Source: an uncultured virus (IMG/VR IMGVR_UViG_3300017739_000002)
Taxonomy: Duplodnaviria; Heunggongvirae; Uroviricota; Caudoviricetes
Direction: 5' to 3' (one strand)
Length of the DNA stretch: 64,000 nt
IMG/VR virus record: IMGVR_UViG_3300017739_000002
Every line of letters starts with the position of its first letter. The stretch's first letter is position 1. The position numbers and the translations under genes were made by a program. The notes beneath the pieces were generated by a model. That model was not told the DNA's origin. It saw only the letters and a program-made list of their open reading frames with translations, and ran no database searches. Shown piece after piece: positions 57,987-64,000 of this stretch.

Positions 57987-58997
57987 TTAGTCTTCCTTAC
58001 GAGCTCTGATCATCGCTAGGATGTCTTGAGCACTAGGCTTTTCGCCCTCTGCTTCTGCAGGTGCCGTTGCTACAGGTTCTGGGGCAGGTGCCGCCTCTGC
58101 TTGTACTGGTGCAGGAGCAGGTGCCGTAGGCGCTGGAGCCGGAGCAGGTGTTGGAGCAGGTGCTGGTGCTGGAGTTGAAGCAGTATTATTGCTTCTACCA
58201 GGAGCATCAAGTCCATAAGGACGATAAAATTCTGCAAAACGCTCTGGATCATATAGTTGTCCATCAACACTTGCTTCGAACATTTCGAAGATTGCATTAA
58301 GCTCATCTGCACCTGGCTTCTTAGGAAGGAAGTCATTTAGTGTAAACAAGCCATTAGTGTTAATAGCATCACGTTCTTCTTGATTAAGAGAACGTTCCCT
58401 ACGAGCCCAATTACTAGTGCTATAGTCTGCATACTGGCCTTTAGTGGACTTCATAATACGGAAGTCTGTACCAGCTTCATAGTCTGTTGGAATTTCAGGG
58501 AAATCAGGATCCATAAGCGCCTGACTAATAATTTTGAAGATTTGAGGACTTATTACAAATCTACGAATCGGATTATCAGGAGTCTTATCTTCCTGCAAAT
58601 CAGATTGTGTAACGAAGCCTTGGAAAACGTAAGAACGCTTTTTCCAATACTTACGACCCATGTCCTCCATAGAAGGGTCTTTAAACCAAGGACGAATTTC
58701 CGCATGTATCGGGCAACTATCGCCCCACATTTCAACACATGGAACCTGTACTGTTACAGGCTTGTGTTCATCATGTCCTTTAATACCTGGAAATTCTAAT
58801 CTAACCATCTGTCGCTCTTTCCAAAAGAACGTGTTAGATTCATCCGCATCGGGAAGAAAACGTAGTGTAGCACTACTGCCTTCTGGAATCTGCCAATGTG
58901 GGAAAATTGCGTTGTCGCCGCCGCCTGATGTACCTCTATTTGAGGATTTTGTGTCTTGTTCGAGCAGTTTTGCTCTGATTTCTGCCAAAGATGCCAT
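57987..58997 (-). CDS. Single-stranded DNA-binding protein (T4 gp32-like)
   Basis: LRFLPD, C...CP, YWKKR, G.DF.I.K...YADY..S.W; Pro/Ala linker. Confidence 0.88.
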   Translation of the reverse strand: MASLAEIRAKLLEQDTKSSNRGTSGGGDNAIFPHWQIPEGSSATLRFLPDADESNTFFWKERQMVRLEFPGIKGHDEHKPVTVQVPCVEMWGDSCPIHAEIRPWFKDPSMEDMGRKYWKKRSYVFQGFVTQSDLQEDKTPDNPIRRFVISPQIFKIISQALMDPDFPEIPTDYEAGTDFRIMKSTKGQYADYSTSNWARRERSLNQEERDAINTNGLFTLNDFLPKKPGADELNAIFEMFEASVDGQLYDPERFAEFYRPYGLDAPGRSNNTASTPAPAPAPTPAPAPAPTAPAPAPVQAEAAPAPEPVATAPAEAEGEKPSAQDILAMIRARKED

Positions 58998-59073
58998 AAT
59001 TATCTCCTATATTAGCCTTTGTTAGTTTTATGTGTCGGAACATATTTGCTCCTTTGCCTTTATTAGCCTATAC

Positions 59074-59102
59074 AGTGTATACTCTTCCTTGCCCACTGTC
59101 AA
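59074..59102 (-). promoter_or_regulatory. Sigma70 promoter for the SSB gene
   Basis: TTGACA-N17-TACACT. Confidence 0.75.
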
Positions 59103-59116
59103 GCAAATACTTGATT

Positions 59117-60733
59117 TTATTGAACTTTTTTACGTAATGTAAGAAGTACACCTTCGTCAAGTGGAATTTCCTTTTGTGATTCGAATGTTGGATTTGTGTT
59201 CAAATACTTAACAATCGCTTCAATTAATTTTGTGTCGTTTGCACTAACACCCTCTACAACCATGGAATGCAGTGAACTAAAATATTCACGTGCATTTTCA
59301 TTAGTTACATTATTTGCGAGATAAGATAGCTGTCGTGCTAGAATATCCTGTTCCTCAATCACATGATTGTTAGGATGTTCAGGATCATTCTCATTTAGAC
59401 TTAGTCCAATGTCTGTTTGTGTTTCAATCATTGAATATAGATTTTTAATCGTCTCTTGCACAACGCTATCTCTCTCTTGTTTTTCAGCTACAATACGGCC
59501 TACACGGCTGAGAACATCATTTAGTTCTTCAGTTGTAAACGTATTATATAGAAACTTTTCTGTAATGTCAACACTTTTTTCAGTATTATCTGAATTATTT
59601 TCAGACACTGCAAAATTGTTATAACCTCTGAGTGTTGAGAGACTGTTGATAGTGTTTTTGAGTTCTGAAAGTTTGCCCCTTACAGCTTCTACAATTTCAC
59701 TATTACTTTCATTTACAAGTTTGTGTGACTGTACATGTCTTACAAACTTATTGAGGCTTGCTATCTCCTCACACATACTAAGTATTTCTTCACCCTTAGT
59801 ATCATAAGGAGTTCCTCCTTCATTTACGTGCATCGCCATCGCTTTAGCCCCACCCATATACCTATGAGGGAACCTAAATCTTTCGCCTTGTGAGTTTTCA
59901 ATAAACAGTGAGTGAATGTGTCTGCTACGTGATCCACGTACTTCTTCATTTACACCTTTACTATGTTTAATTACCAGCCTAGCATTAGGACTTTCAACAT
60001 AACTTGTTTTTACAGTTCCAAATGGCTTGCTGAACCCTTCAATAATGAGAGCCTCTGATGCATTAATTCTTTGTTTGTTTAATGCTGTACTAATGGCTCT
60101 ATCATAACCTTTTGTAGTTTTACCATTTTTACTTAATGAAAAATTACCTTTGTTATCTGCTGATGTGTTAGCATAACTGTATTTTCCACCCTGTGTACTA
60201 CTTTGGTTTCTAGAATATGTAGCCTTATCTTTACTACCTATTGTTCTACTTGAATCAAAACTTGAGTTGCCTTTATTATCTTGTTTCACACTTGACTTTG
60301 TTGAAACTCTCATCTTTCCTAATGGCTTTCCAGCATTAGGATCTTTAGGCATCTTAATAGCCTGTACTTTCATTTTTGGTTGATTATCAAAATCAAAGTC
60401 AGCTTCATTAACGCTTTGGTGACTAAAGTCTTTTGGTTCTAATTTTTTATCAAATTTTCTCACTGTAAACTCACCTAAATTCTTATGTGTTGCTTTCTTA
60501 ATAGTATTTAGCAATTTTTGGTTATCTGGTATAGAAAAATCTCCTCCTGCCTGTATAACAGTTTCGATATTTCCATCATCTTCACGGACAGTAATCATTA
60601 GGTCTTCTTCATATGCATAGAATCTTGTTGCTTCTTCTGCATTGACAGTTTTTTGTCCTTCAGAAGTAAACATCTTAAGTTTCATATTTGAACCTTTAAT
60701 AATGTTTAAAATTTCTTCGCCTAATGTATCCAT
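59117..60733 (-). CDS. Conserved hypothetical (probable head-associated) protein
   Basis: G..KTSY, RSR.I..LFIEN.QGERF, A.AMA.HV..GG.PYD; TAAATA and AAGGA upstream. Confidence 0.7.
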   Translation of the reverse strand: MDTLGEEILNIIKGSNMKLKMFTSEGQKTVNAEEATRFYAYEEDLMITVREDDGNIETVIQAGGDFSIPDNQKLLNTIKKATHKNLGEFTVRKFDKKLEPKDFSHQSVNEADFDFDNQPKMKVQAIKMPKDPNAGKPLGKMRVSTKSSVKQDNKGNSSFDSSRTIGSKDKATYSRNQSSTQGGKYSYANTSADNKGNFSLSKNGKTTKGYDRAISTALNKQRINASEALIIEGFSKPFGTVKTSYVESPNARLVIKHSKGVNEEVRGSRSRHIHSLFIENSQGERFRFPHRYMGGAKAMAMHVNEGGTPYDTKGEEILSMCEEIASLNKFVRHVQSHKLVNESNSEIVEAVRGKLSELKNTINSLSTLRGYNNFAVSENNSDNTEKSVDITEKFLYNTFTTEELNDVLSRVGRIVAEKQERDSVVQETIKNLYSMIETQTDIGLSLNENDPEHPNNHVIEEQDILARQLSYLANNVTNENAREYFSSLHSMVVEGVSANDTKLIEAIVKYLNTNPTFESQKEIPLDEGVLLTLRKKVQ

Positions 60734-60759
60734 AATTATTTCCTTGTTAAATGTATTTA

Positions 60760-62319
60760 TCACAAAATGCTAAATGGCATAGGTTCTTCATACTCTTCAT
60801 CTTGTGGTTGTCCCTTCAGATCTAAGAATGCCGCATCTTCATACTTAGTTACTTCCAATGCCATACGTACTATAAGCACAGTTGCCATTACAAGATCGTC
60901 AGTCTGTCCTTCTTTTGCTTGGTAACTATTACCCTTTGCACAAAATGTTTTAAGTTCTTGTAATAAATTTCTACTTGCTACTTCAAGTTTATCTGTTTCA
61001 ACCCATTGTTTAAGTTTAGCACATGCTGTCACCTTTGATTTATGTGTAGTTGTAAATCCTCTACGCAATCGTCCTGGTCCAGGTTTTTTCGGTTCTGTCA
61101 ACATTGTACCACGAATGTTTTCTTCACCAAGCTCTTCTAACATCACAAGTGCCGCCTCTCCTAATGTATTATTTTCTATACTATAATATATGCTATCTTC
61201 ATGTACACCTTCAGATACCATAAACTCACATATTTGTTGTATAATTCTTACTTGTCTTTGTATAGTAGTTTTGTTATGTTGCCACTCAGCAACTTGCCTC
61301 ATACCGGGCATTTCATATACTTGTATAGCACTAAAGTCTCCGCCAGTACCTAAACTTGGGTCTAATCCAACAAGATACAACTTATCCTTTTCAGGTTTTT
61401 TATACCAACGCACTTGCCCCATCTTTTCAATAGGATCTTTTGCTGTCATATTAAATAATTTTATACTATCAATAAGTGTTTCATCATAGGCTATAAATTC
61501 ACAGTTATGTTCACGACGGAAACGTTCTTCGCCTATTTTTGATTGTTCTTCTTTTGCCCACTCTTCATCACGATCAGGGTGTACCTGCCATGTAGCAAGA
61601 AAACTTGCAAAGCCATTTCTACCAGTTTTTTGTTCATTGCCATATTCATCAAGCATTTTACGTGCTTCGTTCCAAATCAAAGCAAACTGATCATCGTCCT
61701 GATTTGGAGTACTAGTAATAATACATTTACCACCTGTTGCTAGTGTGGGAGAAAGTGAGGTCCAGAATTCACGTGCAATGTTAGGTCTAACAAATGCAAA
61801 CTCGTCTAAATAAACTAATGAAATGGACAAACCACGTCCAGTATTTTCTGTAGTTGCTTGTGCAATAATACGTGAACCGTTATCAAATTCTAAACTACCT
61901 TTGTTATAACTTGTAACACCTGCACGTACAAAATCTGGAATATGCTCATATGCAAAACGTATACGTTGCATAATTTCCTGAGCTCCTGAATACTTGTGTG
62001 CCGCTATAAGAATAGTTTGATCAGGATTAAACATTGCATACCATAATAAGTATCCTGCCGCACAGGTACTTTTACCTGTTTGTCGTGCAAGCATACTAAC
62101 ACTATATCTAAAATCATGATATGTATCTACTAGATCAACCTGATAAGGATATAATCCAAACTTCATTCTACCCTGTACTGGGTGTTGAATATAACAATAA
62201 TTCATAAGGAAGTATTTTGGATCTTTCATACAAAGAGCCAATTCAGTTAACTGGTGTTCAGTGAACTTCTCCTTTTTATACGGAGTTTTAGTTAATTTTG
62301 TATCTACTGTACCTGCCAT
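60760..62319 (-). CDS. terL: Terminase large subunit (T4 gp17-like)
   Basis: LYPYQ, RQTGKST, YLDEFAF, ITSTPN, GLDP, DDLVMA; start 62319 (TAAATA-N5-ATG). Confidence 0.95.
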   Translation of the reverse strand: MAGTVDTKLTKTPYKKEKFTEHQLTELALCMKDPKYFLMNYCYIQHPVQGRMKFGLYPYQVDLVDTYHDFRYSVSMLARQTGKSTCAAGYLLWYAMFNPDQTILIAAHKYSGAQEIMQRIRFAYEHIPDFVRAGVTSYNKGSLEFDNGSRIIAQATTENTGRGLSISLVYLDEFAFVRPNIAREFWTSLSPTLATGGKCIITSTPNQDDDQFALIWNEARKMLDEYGNEQKTGRNGFASFLATWQVHPDRDEEWAKEEQSKIGEERFRREHNCEFIAYDETLIDSIKLFNMTAKDPIEKMGQVRWYKKPEKDKLYLVGLDPSLGTGGDFSAIQVYEMPGMRQVAEWQHNKTTIQRQVRIIQQICEFMVSEGVHEDSIYYSIENNTLGEAALVMLEELGEENIRGTMLTEPKKPGPGRLRRGFTTTHKSKVTACAKLKQWVETDKLEVASRNLLQELKTFCAKGNSYQAKEGQTDDLVMATVLIVRMALEVTKYEDAAFLDLKGQPQDEEYEEPMPFSIL

Positions 62320-62320
62320 A

Positions 62321-63013
62321 TTAGTATTTACCAAAAGCCCATTGACGTTCTTTACACCACCAACATTCACCACAATGCGTAGTCATCCAACTAGGAGTAT
62401 CTTTATTATGCCTACTTTCCTGTTCACAACTTCGTGTAAATGGAAAAAGTTTATCCATCATTTCAAAATGATTATAAAGATATGCTATAAAGCGTTTATC
62501 AATATTCATCCATGGTTGCCAACGCAATACTTCAGGAGATAGGTTTCTATATGGTGGTCTGCCATGTCCTTCGTCCCTTGCTTCAAATCTACCTTCACGT
62601 AAATGTTCTACATCTACAGATGGGTTTTGTGTTGTGCCTAGTATTGCTACTGTTGTTCCATGTATCTTTGTAATTAGTTTTTCAGTTTCGTTAAGTTCTT
62701 GCCTACGTTGATCATCTGTAAAATATGTGTAGTGACTTTTTATAAGTTCAGTACCTGTAAGTTCTAATACTTTATCTAAGACTGTAGTTGCCCATTTTGC
62801 ATTATACCAACCTTTTACAACGTTTGCACATGTTATAACATGTATTTCAGCATCAGGTATATGCTTCTCACAATATTTAATTAGCATCCATAATAATATT
62901 GCACTATCCGCCCCTCCTGAAATATTAATTACTAATTTTCTGTGGGGAGCAGGAATATAAAATTCTACAGACTGACTATAAGAGTCAGTATAAACGTCAA
63001 TAGGTCTTTCCAT
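62321..63013 (-). CDS. QueC-like PP-loop protein
   Basis: ISGGADSAIL; TRSC...CGECWWCKER; start 63013 (TATAAATA-N5-ATG). Confidence 0.75.
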   Translation of the reverse strand: MERPIDVYTDSYSQSVEFYIPAPHRKLVINISGGADSAILLWMLIKYCEKHIPDAEIHVITCANVVKGWYNAKWATTVLDKVLELTGTELIKSHYTYFTDDQRRQELNETEKLITKIHGTTVAILGTTQNPSVDVEHLREGRFEARDEGHGRPPYRNLSPEVLRWQPWMNIDKRFIAYLYNHFEMMDKLFPFTRSCEQESRHNKDTPSWMTTHCGECWWCKERQWAFGKY

Positions 63014-63029
63014 GTGTGTATTTATAGGA

Positions 63030-63062
63030 GAAAAAACCCGTGAAAATATCACGGGTCTTTTT
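63030..63062. terminator. Intrinsic terminator
   Basis: AAAAAACCCGTGA-AAATA-TCACGGGTCTTTTT. Confidence 0.85.
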
Positions 63063-63066
63063 AATT

Positions 63067-63999
63067 TTACTTGTCTTTATGAGCGTTGTACTTTGCTTTC
63101 ATACCTTTTACGCTATGATTCTCATTCACGTTAATTTTAAGGTCTTGTGCATCTAAGTAACGCTTAAGGCTTAGATTTACTGCCTGTGCAAAATCATCAT
63201 TTGCATCACCTGCATGTTTTGTTGGCTCTGTTTCGCCTACACCTGCAGGAGTGTTTGCCCACTCATCTAACTTTTTGTTAATTGCTTCTTCAGATAATCC
63301 TGAATTTTTAAGTAAGTTAATAAGTTGTGTAGTGTCCATTGTTGGTGCCTCTGCTACAACTTCTTCATCTGTTTCTGCAGATTCTTTCTTAACTTTATAC
63401 TTTTTGCCATCTACTTCAAACTCATCTTTACCGGCTTTTCTTGCTTTTTCTAGTTCGCCTGAAAATTCGTTTCCTTCATTTGGCTCTTCGTCAATTTCTT
63501 TTTTTGCTTCATCGATAGATTCATCTGTTTCTTCTTTATCATCAGATTTTTTCTTTTTCTTATCGTGATAGTCTTTTAAGCCTTTTGGCATTTCGCCTTC
63601 ATCGACTTTTTCATCTTCATGTACGCTTGGATCATCACACTTTGGATCATCACAACCGCACTTTTCTTCAAGTGTTTCCTCTGCAACCGGAGCCTTCTGA
63701 ACTCCAGCAATCTTAAGGATTCTATCTAGTTCTTCCATCATTCTTGACTCCTGTTTAGTTTCTTCTTCACCTTCTAGATGTGCCATACCATCGTCTTGCA
63801 TGCCTTGTTCACTAAATGAAACTGGTGTGCCAATGATACCACTGATTTCCTCTTCGAATCCACTATCTGTATAGATAGTCCATGGACCTTCGTGTTTTAC
63901 TGAAACACTCATATATCCATCTTCGTCTGTATTAATTGTAATATCGTGTACATATATTTTGTATGTTACTTCTTCGCCACGCTTTTCACCTTGCCAAAT
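63067..63999 (-). CDS. Acidic, probably head-internal protein (5' end beyond the window)
   Basis: Frame open to the window edge; ELDRILKIAG, repeated LEE/VDE/IDE/VAE sites, WANTP. Confidence 0.7.
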   Translation of the reverse strand: MWQGEKRGEEVTYKIYVHDITINTDEDGYMSVSVKHEGPWTIYTDSGFEEEISGIIGTPVSFSEQGMQDDGMAHLEGEEETKQESRMMEELDRILKIAGVQKAPVAEETLEEKCGCDDPKCDDPSVHEDEKVDEGEMPKGLKDYHDKKKKKSDDKEETDESIDEAKKEIDEEPNEGNEFSGELEKARKAGKDEFEVDGKKYKVKKESAETDEEVVAEAPTMDTTQLINLLKNSGLSEEAINKKLDEWANTPAGVGETEPTKHAGDANDDFAQAVNLSLKRYLDAQDLKINVNENHSVKGMKAKYNAHKDK

Positions 64000-64000
64000 A

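Noticed and set aside
58070..58180. GC-rich tandem repeats in gp32
   Set aside because: They encode a Pro/Ala linker; coding low complexity only
31730..62319. Introns or inteins in nrdA, nrdB, helicase, uvsX or terminase
   Set aside because: All are uninterrupted and of ordinary length, with no intein or homing-endonuclease motifs

Overview
A 64-kb, AT-rich segment of a large T4-like (myovirus/jumbo-type) phage genome, coded mostly on the minus strand. Core genes: terminase large subunit, gp32 SSB, UvsX/UvsY/UvsW, gp41 helicase, gp61 primase, NrdAB with glutaredoxin, a PAAR protein, probable head/virion proteins and five tRNAs (Arg-ACG, Pro-TGG, Trp-CCA, Leu-TAG, Thr-TGT). The accessory genes point, by inference, to an alphaproteobacterial (Rhodobacterales-like) host: pseudoazurin, DUF1127 and other small proteins, a ROSE-like thermometer on Hsp20, Fpr, ClpS/ClpX/ClpP, IF3 and GuaC. 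Most notable observations: (1) at least 8 genes have TAAATA-N5-ATG and 4 more have a sigma70 -10 box 5-6 nt before ATG with no Shine-Dalgarno, suggesting systematic leaderless translation in a phage that carries its own IF3; one 16-bp palindrome holds two divergent promoters and both start codons. (2) A translationally coupled small-protein/pseudoazurin cassette lies behind a leader of repeated hairpins and a LysR-type box. (3) A 193-aa miniature DnaE catalytic core lies near primase/helicase. (4) A T4-ligase homologue lacks its catalytic lysine. (5) A palindromic operator fills the spacer of three early promoters. (6) There are further candidate cis-regulatory RNAs and a 2OG-Fe(II) oxygenase/Fpr cluster. 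All assignments come from reading motifs by eye; no searches were run.
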